From contig OX597818.1 in the NCBI GenBank assembly GCA_951406725.2, positions 120,528,001 through 120,592,000 on the forward strand: a stretch of DNA of 64,000 nt. Reading direction: 5' to 3'. Origin of the DNA: Octopus vulgaris. Taxonomy: Eukaryota. Below, one piece after another: positions 40,154 through 56,010 of this stretch (position 1 is the stretch's first letter; every line of letters starts with the position of its first letter). The notes under the pieces are model-generated. The model ran no database searches and was not told the DNA's origin. It saw nothing but the letters and a program-made list of their open reading frames with translations. The translations under genes were made by a program, and so were the position numbers.

Positions 40154-40479
40154 CTGCAAATGACAGCAACATAAATGGGTTGTTTGTATTAAAAAGCAGC
40201 AATGTGACATGTAAAAAAATTATTTCGTTTTGACTGCGTATATAATTGTAACATTTTCTCATATGAGAAATATTTAGAAAGAAATCCATCCATCCTTCAT
40301 CTCTACATGCTATTCTTGGGATGGTTGTGGAGGTAGGGTCCTCCGGCACTTCTTCTATAAGGTTCTATCAGAAGCAACATTCATTACAGTTACTGGCTGC
40401 ATTCCCAAATGTGACCAACTCAAACAATGGAAACTATCAAACTGGTATTCTTTCGATAGGAGTCCCACTTACGTCACGT

Positions 40480-40612
40480 GTATTTGTTTACATTTGAAGA
40501 AGAAGATCGTCACTTTCGGTAAAATTTTTATTTTTTTATATATGTGGGGTTAGGGTTAAGGTTAGGGTTGGGGGGGAGGGTATCTTTTTTCTTCAGAAAT
40601 GTAAATAAACCC
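40480..40612. mobile_element. Small MITE with internal telomere-like GGTTAG repeats
   Basis: Imperfect TIRs TTTGTTTACATTTGAAGAAGAAGAT / ATCTTTTTTCTTCAGAAATGTAAATAAA; ACGT on both flanks. Confidence 0.6.
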
Positions 40613-41418
40613 ACGTGGGTTTATAAGTGACAGCTATGTTACTAGTAGCGAATGATCGCCTATCAAACCTTCATACCTTAGGTCTTCTGCTGCTCGGACA
40701 GGCTTGGCTTGGCTTGGCTCGAAGCATGCATCTTGTGGTTCTTTCCAGCAACATTCTAATCACATAACCACATACTGAAGCCGAAGCAGATTAAACCTAG
40801 ATCCTGTTTTAGGTGATGTGGTTACTGGAGGTTAACACAAAGTCAGTCAAGGTGTTTCAGTAGTGGCCTTCTTGTATTTTTGCATGGTCAAGACTAAATT
40901 ACCCACTGATAATTTAGTTGCTGTTTCAAGCATGTCAAGAGACTGCACTGATGTTCTTGCTACTGCTGTTTATCGTGAAGTCAGGCCTGATTGAGTAGAC
41001 ACCATTCTGTCTTTTTCAGTAACCCTAATTACACAAACGTTTTGAACTTCCCTCTTCTTCCCCATCCTCACACAAATTAACTATTTGATACCAAATCCTT
41101 ACTCAGTTGCATTTAGGATTCATCAGTTCAACATCCTGCTATGTCCTCTCCTTAATATTGCTACAACAATAACTGCAGCCCCTCTGAACTTGCAGACTGC
41201 ATTTTACACCCTTTCCCTCTCTGCTTGTGATATTTCAATTTCTCAACTTCAAGCACTTTATTCAAACCTTTTCTAAGAACAGAATATCTCCAAAGGACAG
41301 AAACCAGGAATCAAAGTTAGAAGAATAAGATAAAAAAGAATAAGAAAATAAGGAATTTTAATGAGTTAACTCCATTAATTTTTAAGTACAAAGATCATAA
41401 ATAATAAGTTTAATTTAC

Positions 41419-41506
41419 CAAAAAGCAAACACCAAGACCAGGAATTTGGTTCTCGACACAAGTGTAGCTTATCAGCGGTTTGTTCTTTGATCTGCATATA
41501 CACCAT
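41419..41506 (-). CDS. CYBC1: CYBC1/EROS coding exon 1 (ATG at 41506; exon acceptor at ~41533)
   Basis: MVYMQIKEQTADKLHLCREPNSWSWCLLF resembles human MYLQVETRTSSRLHLKRAPGIRSWSLLV. Donor GTAAAT; upstream poly-T acceptor TTTTACAG. Confidence 0.92.
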
Positions 41507-42503
41507 TGTTAATCCAGAAAAGTTCTATGGCTACTGTAAAAAAAAAAAAAAAAGATAAAAATATAGAAAATAATTTTCAAGGTAAAAAGTTGTTTATATT
41601 TCTGCTATGGTTGTTTAGTAGGACAAAAAGCAAAAGCTGAAAATCTAAACAATTCATCAAGCAGACTTCCATATAAAAAGCAAACCAGGAGAGACCATTC
41701 CACTTTTTTCCCAGACAGTGAACCAACAGTACATTATCCAGTGGGGTCCTTCCATTTTTAAGATGATGGGAACATAAAATGATAATGATGTACAATGAAT
41801 GTCTTTCACAATTGTAGTGTGATTTGAAACTTCCTCACTGAAATATTGTCTTACCAATGCTGCCAGACCTTAAACTGACTAAAACACATTGTTTTAGAGA
41901 ATTAAAGGGAATTTAGAAATCTAAGTGGTTTCCTCAATCAGCACTCCTGCAAATACAGGCTAACAGAACATATAAGTGGATGGCTTTCCTTGCAGGAAAC
42001 TGTTCAACACAAATTGAAATTCCAGGGATAATTTATCAGTTGCAGAGTTGCTGAAGTATGGAACAAACTGCCAGCATTAGTTGTTAGTTGTTGGAGCACT
42101 GCAACCTTCAAAACTTCCATACTTCCTGAGATTCGCCAACACTACACCTGATTTTCTCCCCGCTCCCATACACATGCAAGCATGTATCTGACTCATACAC
42201 TGTTCACTTTCCAGACATTTGTACATTACTGCATATGCTTTATACGCACTTTTGACAAGTTGTGGTGCACCTGAGCACTGTATACAATAATTTCATTATT
42301 ATTATTATTATTTTATAAAATAGACCAAGGATGAAATGACCTCTTCAGGGAGGGAGAGGGAGATTGCAGGGTATATAAAAACCAGTATCAAATGATGTTG
42401 CATACATCAAGTAAACAGAAGGGTGTAACAAATGCATCCTTTAATGATGGTAAGGTGTGATGTGAGGGACATATTGTCATTTTTAGATAATGATTATCTT
42501 GAA

Positions 42504-42704
42504 CAGTGCTTTTCAAACTTTTTGCTGGAGTGGAACCCCAAGGAAACATACCACTGGCTCGAGGAACCCCTGTGTTATAATTTAATAGTCTTATGCACAC
42601 ATATCTGCACAGGAGAATTAAAAATTACTGCCGATTTTAGCAGTTTTGTAACTTCTTGCAGAACCCCTGGACTGTACTGGCAGAACCCTGGTTGAAAACC
42701 ACTG
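42504..42704. mobile_element. hAT-type MITE
   Basis: TIRs CAGTGCTTTTCAAAC / GTTGAAAACCACTG; 8-bp TSD ATCTTGAA / ATCTAGAA. Confidence 0.85.
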
Positions 42705-42710
42705 ATCTAG

Positions 42711-42943
42711 AAGGTGGCGAGCAGGCAGAAATGTTAGCACACCGGGTGAAATGCTTAGTGGTATTTCGTCTGCCGTTACGTTCTGAGTTCAAATTCCGCT
42801 GTGGTCGACTTTGCCTTTCATCCTTTCGGGGTTGATAAATTAAGTACCAGTTATGCACTGGGGTCAATGTAATCATCTTAATCCCTTTGTCTGTCCTTGT
42901 TTGTCCCTTCTATGTTTAGCCCCTTGTGGGCAATAAAGAAATA
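42711..42943 (+). mobile_element. SINE family B, full length
   Basis: TSD AGATAATGATTATCT at 42485-42499 and 42944-42958. Confidence 0.9.
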
Positions 42944-44249
42944 AGATAATGATTATCTCCTGTGGTTTCATAAAAGCAAGCTGTATAAAACATCTACTGT
43001 AATATGCATAACATAACTGTGAAACAAGCAAATAGCTATCAATCTATAATGAGAGAAGAGGCTGTCGTCCCTTCAGACTAAGTCATTTTTAATATCTGTT
43101 CAAAAAAATATTTTTTGGAGTCCTCTGATTGCAGTTCAAGGAAGTTCTGAAAAGAATTACTAAATCTCATTAAGTGATATGTGGCCGTTGACGCAACAGT
43201 GAGTTTCTAAGTTTATGAGGTTGAATGCTAGCATAATTGACGGATTAAGCGAGCTTTATTGATTACGTATTGGTTGTCTTTGTGCATTAAAAATGTAACA
43301 GTTTATATAGAACAAAAAAAAAGTGCACCTACATTGTTCAGGTGCACTGTAGTTGCTACATTATTGATCTTAAAACACTTTAGGATAATATATATATATC
43401 CTTGCTCTATCACTACTACCTCTAGGTTATTAACGTAATCTACATGACTCTCTCTTTCTATTATATCGTACATCATCTTCACATACATCACCACTATTCA
43501 TAATTTCCTTTTCCTATCTAACATCTCCTTTACTCCTCTCTGCAGAAATTTTTTTTTTTAATAATTATTGATCTTCCATATGTTATATATTTGAAGATGA
43601 TATTGTGTATGTGTGTACCAGAGTTGAAAAATAGATGTAACCATGATATTCTATCAATCTGAAGAGCTAGCCTTCTGTATCTGCATTGGTTTGTACTATG
43701 CAATTTATAGCCTACATACTAGCGTAGACATATAAAATAATTTATATCAAAATTTAACGTCCACTTTCCATAAGACGTTGGCTGTAGAAACAGCCGTCAT
43801 CCTATGAATATCAACTGGTGAAATAAATATACATTCATCTCATTCCTCCTGACTTTCTTTATATTCATTATACTACTCATGAAATAATTTTCACTGACTT
43901 GATTTACTGGATTTCAACAGCATGGGACTCTACATTACATTCCTACGTATTGGTTTACTATGTGGTATGTAACCGGATCCATAAAGGAGCTTTTGTCATT
44001 ACCAGTGGTCTATATAAATACATATATTGTAGATTATGTATGTATGTACGTGTTTGTAAACTTTTATTTACACATGAACTCATCGATATACAAAGCAAAC
44101 GTGCAAAATCTATCGGCAAAATACGCAGAGCAGTCTGGGAACTGTTACAAGAGTATAATTAAGAATTAATTAACTAAAAAAAAAAGTCCTAAGTAATTTG
44201 TGGCCTGTGAGGCAATCAGTTGTTGAACACACACACACGTGTGTATATA

Positions 44250-44298
<49 letters not shown>

Positions 44299-44474
44299 AT
44301 ATATATGCCTTAATATTTTGAAACGTCGTATAATGAGGAAAGCAGAAGTACATTAAAATACATTTTTTGTGTCAAGTGAAAAGGATCCCGGAATTAATTT
44401 TTTGCTGTAATGCATCGGTATTTTCAGATTAGCTCAACAAGCAATAAGTATAATCAAAACGAGTAAATACATAC

Positions 44475-44640
44475 TTGAAGCAATATTAGATAAGGCTAGT
44501 ATTGCTGTAGGCCTTCTAACGGGTCACTGAGAACACTATGATATCGGTTGAGAAGAGAAAACCCGGTTAGATTACCAGTGAAGCGGAGACGGTAAGCATA
44601 GTGTTTCCATATTGATAGCGGTGAACGATGACAACCTGTT
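44475..44640 (-). other. Candidate non-coding first exon / promoter region of CYBC1
   Basis: The ATG exon has an acceptor, so an upstream exon is required. This is a CpG-richer unique block ending in donor CAA/GTATGT at 44474; 5' end is a guess. Confidence 0.35.
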
Positions 44641-45159
44641 CATCATCTAATAAATATCCGACTATGGTAAACCTATTTAGTTTGCTGTTTAGATCAACCC
44701 AGACGGATCTATAAGGGGACAAACACGTTTCAGACGCAATAATGTCGATTTAGGTGTGTTTTTTTTTTGTTAAATATACATTAAGTATTTAGCATCATAT
44801 GATACAATGCACTAATTTTTTAAGATAGTGGTTTAAGTTCGATGGGAAACTTAGGTGCTATTTCTAGCAAATCGACTGATCATAGAGACGTCTTTAGCTT
44901 ATTTGTTTTCAGTTGGTGATATCTCATTATTTAAACAAAGACAAACGAAGAGAGGTGATTCATCGCATTGCAAAGAATTGATTTTTACTCACAGACATAA
45001 TAAAGAGGTGTAGATATGACTGTTTTAAGAAATTCGTTCCGCAACAACATGGTTTCAGTTTCAATCCTGCTGCTCGGCAGTTTGAGAAAGTGTCTTCTTT
45101 ATTAAATAATAATTGAAGAAAACTACTGTGTATACACACACACTCACACATTTAATATC

Positions 45160-45713
45160 GGTTTCAAATTTTGGCACAAGGCCAGCAATTTCAGGGAGTG
45201 GGTAAGTCGATTACATTGACCCTAGTGATCAACTGGTACTTATTTTATCGACCCCGAAAGAATAAAAGGTAAAGTCGACCTCGGTAGAATTTGAACTCAG
45301 AATGTTAACAATTCTTTTCTATTCTAGGCACAAGGCCCGAAATTTCATCGGGAGAGTGTCAGTCGATTATATCGACGCCAGTACGCAACTGGTATTTAAT
45401 TTATCGACTCCGAAAGGATGAAAGGCAAAAATCGACCTCGGCGGAGTTTGAATTCAGAATGTAACGACAGACGTAATACCTATTTCTTTACTACCCACAA
45501 GGGGCTAAACACAGAGGGGACAAACAAGTACAAACAAACGGATTAAGTCGATTACATCGACTCCACTGCGTAAGTGGTACTTAATTTATCGACCCCGAAA
45601 GGATGAAAGGCAAAATCGACCTCGGCGGAATCTAAACTCAGAATGTAACAGCAGACGAAATACGGCTACGCATTTCGCCCGGCGTGCTAACGATTCTGCC
45701 AGCTCGCCGCCTT
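45160..45713 (-). mobile_element. Head-to-tail cluster of three SINE family B copies with two different tails
   Basis: Three repeats of ATCGACCCCGAAAG...GACCTCGGCGGA...CTCAGAATG. Confidence 0.85.
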
Positions 45714-45796
45714 ACATCTTCAGTCATATATCAACTAACCAGACTTCATATTTAAAGCAGTGTGTGCGTGCACGAACGCAAAAACAGAAACACATA

Positions 45797-45827
<31 letters not shown>

Positions 45828-46151
45828 TGATCTTTTGCACATCTTCTGTCGCCCAAATTCACTCGGAAAGGAGTGGGCGGTATTGGACTGTCGCACAAGG
45901 TGTGAGTTGTGGGGCCAAACCCGAACCTACATAGTTGCAAAATGAGATTCTTTACTAAAAATAATATGTAGTCATGCAATAGGGAGCGAGTTTAGTCTTT
46001 GGTAAGTACAGAGACAACTTCGGGCATGTTTCGGTTTTGTTAGGTATCTTCAGCGAAGCGCAGTCCTACTGGTGTTACCGAACCTTAAACTTAGTAAGAG
46101 CTAAATAAATTTCTAGTAAATAAATTGTCTTGATTTTATTTGGGAATTCCT

Positions 46152-46216
<65 letters not shown>

Positions 46217-46269
46217 GAGAGAGAGAGAGAGAGAGAATCATTGTCTAGAAAGGATGCAGCATCCACCCT

Positions 46270-46399
46270 TACCAACCACATGGTTCCGGGTTCAGTCCCA
46301 CTGAGTGGCACCTTGGGTAAGTGTCTTCTATAGACTCGGGCCGAGCCGACCAAAGCCTTGTCAGTGGATTTGGTAGACAGAAACTGAAAGAAGCCCGTC

Positions 46400-46480
<81 letters not shown>

Positions 46481-46707
46481 CATGTGTGTATATGTTTGTG
46501 TGTCTGTGTTTGTCTCCCCAACACCGCTTGACAACCGATGCTGGTGTATTTACATCCCTGTAACGTAGCGGTTCGGCAAAAGAGACCGATAGAATAAGTA
46601 ATAGGTTTACAAAGAGTAAGTCCCGGGGTCGATTTGCTCGACTAAAGGCGGTGCTCCAGAATGGCCACAGTCAAATGACTGAAACAAGTAAAAGAGTAAA
46701 AAGAGAG
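46270..46707 (+). mobile_element. SINE family A, 5' truncated
   Basis: Matches 62673-63131. Confidence 0.9.
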
Positions 46708-46954
46708 TAGACTCTAGTACGCTGACCTTCACTTACTGAGCAGCATCTTCTATAGTCATCAACAGCAGCAGATTCCAACTATACACAAACTTCCCCAGAG
46801 ATTATCTCGATGTTCTTTCATACAGAGACTTAGTGACTGGCAGAGAGTTATCTTGTTTAAAACACTGTAATTGACACCGGTACGAGACATTACTCGTTTA
46901 CATCTAGTGTTGTTATTACTGTTGTACTCCAAATCATTCGTTAGACCAGCGTTA

Positions 46955-47430
46955 GACCCTTCAGTGGGTTGCGAGATGAATAAAAAGAGTCGCAACAAAA
47001 AAGAAGGAAAGAAAAAAGAAACGCAACTGGGTACAAAGTGCAGAATATACAGCGTTTGTCAAACTGTGGGTCGTGGCCCTTCAGTGGGTCGCAATATAAA
47101 AGAAAGAAAGAAAACAAAACGCAAGTGGGTGCAAAGTGCAGAATATCCAACGGTTTTCACATTGTGGGTCCCGGCCCTTCAGTGGGTCGCGAAATAAATA
47201 AAATGGGTCGCAACAAAAAAGAAGGAAAGAAAAAAAAGGCAACTGGAGCGCAAAGTGCAGAATAACCAGCGTTTTTCAAACTGTGGGTCCTCGCCCTTCA
47301 ATGGGTTGCGAGATAAATAAAATGGGTCGCAAAAAAAAAAAAAATAAAATTATGAAAAAACAAAACAAAACAAAAAAAAAACGCAACTGGGTGCAAAGTG
47401 CAGAATATCCAGCGGTTTTCAAACTGGGGA
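46955..47430. repeat. Tandem array of ~100-135-bp units containing a hAT-like terminus
   Basis: Four units of CCCTTCAGTGGGTCGCG...GCAACTGGGTGCAAAGTGCAGAATATCCAGCGGTTTTCAAACTGTGGG. Confidence 0.85.
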
Positions 47431-47828
47431 TCCCGTATACTTGTGTGCGTGTGTGTGTGCATGTATGTCTGTGTTTGTTCCACCACAACTTTGGCAACTA
47501 ACTGGTATTAGTTTGTTTACGTCCCCGTAACGCAGCGTTTTAGCAAAAGTGGACGATAGAATAATAATAAACTTTAAAAACGCACTGGGGCAAATTTCTT
47601 CGACTAAAACTCACCAAAGCAGTGCCCCAGCATGGGCACAGTCCACTCATTGAAACAGGTAAAAGATGAACTATACATTCTTTTAGCGCTTCCAGCGATG
47701 TTCTATAGCTGAATGCGAATACTTAGAACTGAGGAAAATGCTTTTATCTGTTATATATGAAGTATATATACATAAATAGAAATATTATTATTTCTAAGTT
47801 TCTCTAAAGGAGACTACGGCAGCGGTAC

Positions 47829-48175
47829 TGGATATTAACAGTTATCGCCAGTTCATAAATATAGGACTAAAGCTGCCGTTGATTAGCTCCAAGAGGCCAT
47901 CGCCTCTAGCTAGCTCTATGACACACGGACCTGTGTCCATTATAACCTTCGAACAGGGTAGGTCAGCATTGATAAAGAGCAAATACCCTGAAACATGTCT
48001 ACAGATGCCTGACCAGCAAGGGGAAGCGGCTGACCCCCCCCTGTTCGAAGGTTATAATGGACACAGGTCTGGTGTCATACAGCTAGTTAGAGGCGATGGC
48101 CTCTTGGAGCTAATCAACGACCGCTTTAGTCCTATATTTATGGACTGCCATATTAGCTTGGCGATAACAGTTAAT

Positions 48176-48178
<3 letters not shown>
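47829..48178. mobile_element. Foldback MITE with ~135-bp TIRs
   Basis: GTTGATTAGCTCCAAGAGGCCATCGCCTCTA...ACCTGTGTCCATTATAACCTTCGAACAGGG and its reverse complement. Confidence 0.85.
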
Positions 48179-48222
<44 letters not shown>

Positions 48223-49142
48223 CATACTATATTATGTGTGTGCATCCATCCATCCATCCATCCATCCATCCATCCATCCATACATACATACATACATACA
48301 TATTTATATATAAGCATTAAGCATCGAAGCCTAAGAATCTAGTTCAGGGAGTGAGCAGAAGGATCTCGGATTTGTTCTCTAGTATAGAAATCCTCGATTT
48401 ATAATAACAATAACCGTGCTAAGCGGTTTGAAAGAAAGATCACTTATACATCCAACCCGAATCCACCAAAATGACATCGTCGTTGCGATGTGATCGACTT
48501 TACACCCCAACCCTTTTTGCTATAATTTGTTTTTTTAGACAGTTATAGAAAACTTTACAATAGAGATGCGATTAAGGTCTCCTGAAGTTACACACACACA
48601 CACACACATTAAAAGTATCGTGTTGTGCAAACATACACCCAGGCATTGCGGCCAGATGTTCTTGTAGAGATACCACCATTTGCCCACTCAATGGCCACTG
48701 CAAAGTACACTGCAGCATAAAGACCATCGTGCATTAAGCTAAATTCAATTCGGGATAGGGGAGAGAACGATGAATCTAGAATATGAAGTTTTATAAGATT
48801 GACAAAGAGCCTTTTCAAGAAACACCTACATAACCACATCGCATTCTGTTTTGGAAATTTAAGAATCAGAATATCAGAACGCTTGTAAAATACATACGAT
48901 GGTTGAAGGAGCAAGTTGGAGACTAGGACATCAAATGGAGTCTGTTGGAGAAAAGCGTGCCTAAATACAACGGCATGGTGTGTGTATGTGTTTCAAAGAG
49001 AAGAGACAGACTTTTCAGCTGTCTCTCGCCCAGTGAGTTTACACCTGATCCAAGCTACGTCGGGGAACCAACACAAGTGCTGTTCCTCATTGCTTTTTAC
49101 GGTCGATCTCCATTCATCCTTTCACACATTTAATATATCAGT

Positions 49143-49527
49143 GTGGAGGCGCAATGGCCCAGTGGTTAGGGCAGCGGACTCGCGGTCATAGGATCGCGGT
49201 TTCGATTCCCAGACCGGGCGTTGTGAGTGTTTATTGAGCGAAAACACCTAAAAGCTCCACGAGGCTCCGGCAGGGGATGGTGGTGATCCCTGCTGTACTC
49301 TTTCACCACAACTTTCTCTAACTCTTACTTCCTGTTTCTGTTGTACCTGTATTTCAAGAGGCCGGCCTTGTCACTCTCTGTGTCACGCTGAATATCCCCG
49401 AGAACTACGTTAAGGGTGCACGTGTCTGTGGAGTGCTCAGCCACTTACACGTTAATTTCACGAGCAGGCTGTTCCGTTGATTCGGATCAACCGGAACCCT
49501 CATCGTCGTAACCGACGGAGTGCTTCC
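49143..49527 (+). mobile_element. Full-length tRNA-derived SINE with 10-bp TSD
   Basis: ATATATCAGT at 49133-49142 and 49528-49537; intact A and B boxes, CpG-rich, so probably young. Confidence 0.92.
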
Positions 49528-49608
49528 ATATATCAGTTCTATATTATGTTATCTTTTTTCTTCCTACACTTCTCTCTCTCTCACTCACTCCCTGTGCGTG
49601 CGTGTGCA

Positions 49609-49646
<38 letters not shown>

Positions 49647-50257
49647 TGTCTGTCAGTCTGTCTGTCTGTCAATCTCCTACTTTCCCTCTCTGTCATCTCA
49701 CAATCTTAAGCTAACTTCTCAAACTTTTTAGAGCAAGGTAAATAACTCTTCAACTCTGGATACAGAGTTACTGTTCCTGCACTATTCTTAACGGCAGCAA
49801 TAATTTTGTAATATTTCGGGACGGTCATTTTGTTCTTGCCAAATAAACACACCCACTATATATTCGTTCTTCACTTATTTATTATTGTTCTTATTTTATG
49901 TCCATTGTCTGGAAATCTTTCGTCATACATTCTGTGATCTCTTCAGCGGCTCTGCATCCTACGTGTCCTCTCCCCTGTAAGAACACTAATAAGGTCTCTA
50001 CTGTTTGGCTGCACCTGTGGAAAATTTTGAGGTTTAGTGAAAATGATCAAAATTTGGTGTATTTATGCAATTTTCCACGCTGAATCTCAGGGGTTAATTC
50101 TCAAGAAAATATTTTTAAAAATGCTACAGAGGTTTAAAGTTTGATAATTTTTTCACAGTTAGAAAACAAGATTTGGTAGCTGTCATCTTGTGCGTGACAG
50201 CACAGGTTGTCAACTGTAAGTAGATGAAATATTGAGGGAATTCTATTTTATGTACTT

Positions 50258-50466
50258 TTTTACTCTTTTACTTGTTTCAGTCATGTGACTGTGGCCATGC
50301 TGGAGCACCGCCTTTAGTCGAGCAAATCGACCCCAGGACTTATTCTTTGTAAGCCTAGTACTTATTTTATCGGTCTCTTTTGCCGAACCGCTAAGTTATG
50401 GGGGCGTAAACACACCAGCGTCAGTTGTCAAGTGATGTTGGGGGGACAAACACAGATACACACACA

Positions 50467-50532
<66 letters not shown>

Positions 50533-50628
50533 CGACGGGCTTCTTTCAGTTTCCGTCTGCCAAATCCACTCACAAGGCTTTGGTCGTCCCGAGGTTATAG
50601 TAGAAGACACTTGCCCAAGGTGCCACGC
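50258..50628 (-). mobile_element. SINE family A, head missing
   Basis: Reverse complement of the family A body and tail. Confidence 0.88.
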
Positions 50629-51286
50629 CAAATAACTCCTCGTAACTTTTTTAGTTTTTGGAATTTTCAGAAAAGTTTTGCGAAATTGTATTCTACACAC
50701 GGGAAATAAATAACACGATCATACTAAAAAAAAAAAGAAAAAAAATGGCGCGTGGTTTAAGGCCTATTTAGCTATTATTTTTAGCACATCTTATGAACAC
50801 TTCATGAGTTTTAAGTATTTAATAAGCTAAAAATGACCACGTGGGTAAGCTGGTGGGTAATAGCTTGGCTTGTTACTATGGAAACAAGCACCCATGTGTA
50901 TGTAGCTTTCGACTGGCTAAAATTACCCAAAATTTGCAAACTTTAAAAGCTATTAACTCTTTATTTATTGATTTCTGGCAAAAATGAATTTCCTGTCAAT
51001 GATTACCATACAAAACTACACCAATACACCAAATATGAAATCAATTGAAACAAAATTAAAGAAATTGAAAAGTGGCCGTCAAAGAGAAAAAAGATTCTAA
51101 TAATAAATAAGCGAAGAACGAATATAAAGCAAGTGTGTGTATTTGGCAAGAAAAATGACCATCTCGAAATATAACAATATCTGTTTCAACACACGATTTT
51201 ATATCAGGAATCTTGCAAAAGAAATTCGTAAACGTAACAACATTTTTCTTTATATCAAAATATATTTTCCTTTCCCCGAAAAGCTA

Positions 51287-53756
<2,470 letters not shown>

Positions 53757-53762
53757 TATATA

Positions 53763-53802
<40 letters not shown>

Positions 53803-54248
53803 TAATTTTTACCCTAAATTTAATTTTATATAAATATTTGTTCTCTAACCGATAAATTAACTGCTGCTAACTATTAGCTGCAGGCTATTTTCCTCGGGTC
53901 CCATCGCGCCAAAAGTAGAGACATTTGAAATATATATTTCAAATGTAATAGGCCGTACTCCATGCACGCGATATTTCGGTATCGTGTTGGCATTTAGTAT
54001 AGCAAATTGCATTTTATATGGGACCATGCTGATGATGGTTGCACTTTTCCTTGCGGAAAATAACAACCGAAACTAAATTTAGTACATGGGTAAATATTTA
54101 TTTCGTATATTTTTCACTTGTTTATTGCTTTTGGTTTTGTGTTGAGTTTGATCTGAGAACATAGACTTTTTGTGGAGAATGGCGATTTGACGTCTATATC
54201 TAGCATGTTGACTGTCCACTTTTCGTGTTCAGTCCTTAATTGGTATAT

Positions 54249-54331
<83 letters not shown>

Positions 54332-55004
54332 TGTATGTATGTATGTATGTATGTATGTATGGTTTATGTCTATCACTCTTTGAGTTGCATAATAGTGGTT
54401 TTATCTCCAATTTATATATATATATTCTATATACAACAGCTGAAATCCTATCTACAGGGTTTGACATCAGTTTATCACCTGTCACATGAGAGATTCTCTC
54501 CTGAAGGTCAGTAGTAATACAAGACTATGTCCTCAGTTTTCTTCAGATTACAGTGAAGAGACCTTTGAACAAATCTACAACTAAGTATGTTGAATCTGAA
54601 ACGAGAAAGCAAGTAACAATATTATCATATTTCAGGCAATACTGGAGATACTTCAATGCCCACAAAGTGCCGGTGATTTTTTGCCAATTACAAAATATTT
54701 CTGTTAGAAATTCATTTTCTTTATATCTAATTCGTAGCCTTGAATTTTCATTATGCTTTGAACAGGGAAAAGAATTTGCACAATTGAAATGCTAGTCATA
54801 AAGAATGCAACCAGAAGCAGTGGACGAAATTGATAGAAAATAACGCTTCTGATGGGAAAAACTAAAATTCCTTAGAGTAATAGAAGCTAGAGGGGTTTTG
54901 TTCGTTAACTGTGCCTCTATTGACTGAAACAATAAAGTCAAGATTATGACAATACAAATGAGTTTACTTGAAGTCTCTGGTGTACTTGCCAATTTGGTTC
55001 ACGA

Positions 55005-55293
55005 CAGTATCGTAGCTAGAAGTCGAATGAGTGTGAGGGGAAACCTGGCCCGGGCGCCGCTTTTATGAGGTTGGTACTTGTGGAGGCTTATGAGGTTGGT
55101 ACTTGTGGAGGCTTATGAGGTTGGTACTTGTGGAGGCTTATGAGGTTGGTACTTGTGGAGGCTTATGAGGTTGGTACTTGTAAAGGCTTGTGGAGGCTTA
55201 TGAGGTTGGTACTTGTGGAGGCTTATGAGGTTGGTACTTGTAAAGGCTTGTGGAGGCACGAGGTGGGTGGCACACACTCTAGTAACTCCACTG
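55005..55293. repeat. 25-bp minisatellite (GAGGCTTATGAGGTTGGTACTTGTG x ~7) inside a possible MITE
   Basis: Array at 55062-55257; flanking imperfect TIRs CAGTATCGTAGCTAGA / TCTAGTAACTCCACTG; no clear TSD. Confidence 0.75.
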
Positions 55294-55686
55294 ATGTACG
55301 GTGTGTTTAGACAACCGATTGACAAGAACCATTTGGATTTATCAGTTTGGGTTGAGAAATATTTAACATCGTTAGTACTTGCCATTGAGCATGCCGGAAA
55401 AGGCTCAATAATAGATTTCTATTAAACGCAGCAAGACAGTTTCACGGGGGGTACTTAATATTGACTTAATTATATTAATTTCATAAATTAATTTTGTAGC
55501 CCATTTGTACTTGTAATTTCATATTCGAATACTTGTCTGATATCAGATTGCGTTTAGAACATACAACAGCAGGATAATAAGACGAAAATTGTCAAATATA
55601 TGTTTCATTTTTTTTTAAGACAATAAAACGGAATTTGTAAGGTGTTGCAGCCAAGAAAAACTTAGAATTGCGCAAAGTATTCTAGA

Positions 55687-56010
55687 TTATGTACTGTGTG
55701 TACCACTAAGCTTCTTTTCAAGTCTCCTGTTCAATATACATACTGAAGAGCCATAGTGAAGTACTGATTCATCGATTGCTTTGAAGAAACCCCGCTTCAG
55801 TCCGTCTAGGGTATTCCCTGCTTCTGAAACCCCTGTCTGGGCATCTTTTTCTTTTAAAGCAATATCACTTCCTAGATAGATGAAGTCATCAACCATCTAC
55901 AGATTGACACCATTCAGAGCACAGCTATCACATTGTTACGCTATAGTCCCTATATTCATTTTTACCAGCATTGACATACAGACCTATCTGTGCAGCTGCA
56001 GTTTCGGATG
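55687..56010 (-). mobile_element. RTE-like LINE reverse-transcriptase fragment
   Basis: VDDFIYLGSDI...FFKAIDESVLHYGSSVCIL...LEKKLSG. Confidence 0.7.

Noticed and set aside
40546-40570. Telomere
   Set aside because: Only about four degenerate units inside a small TIR element.
55062-55257. CRISPR-like 25-bp repeats
   Set aside because: Units are contiguous with no unique spacers; eukaryotic context and no cas genes.
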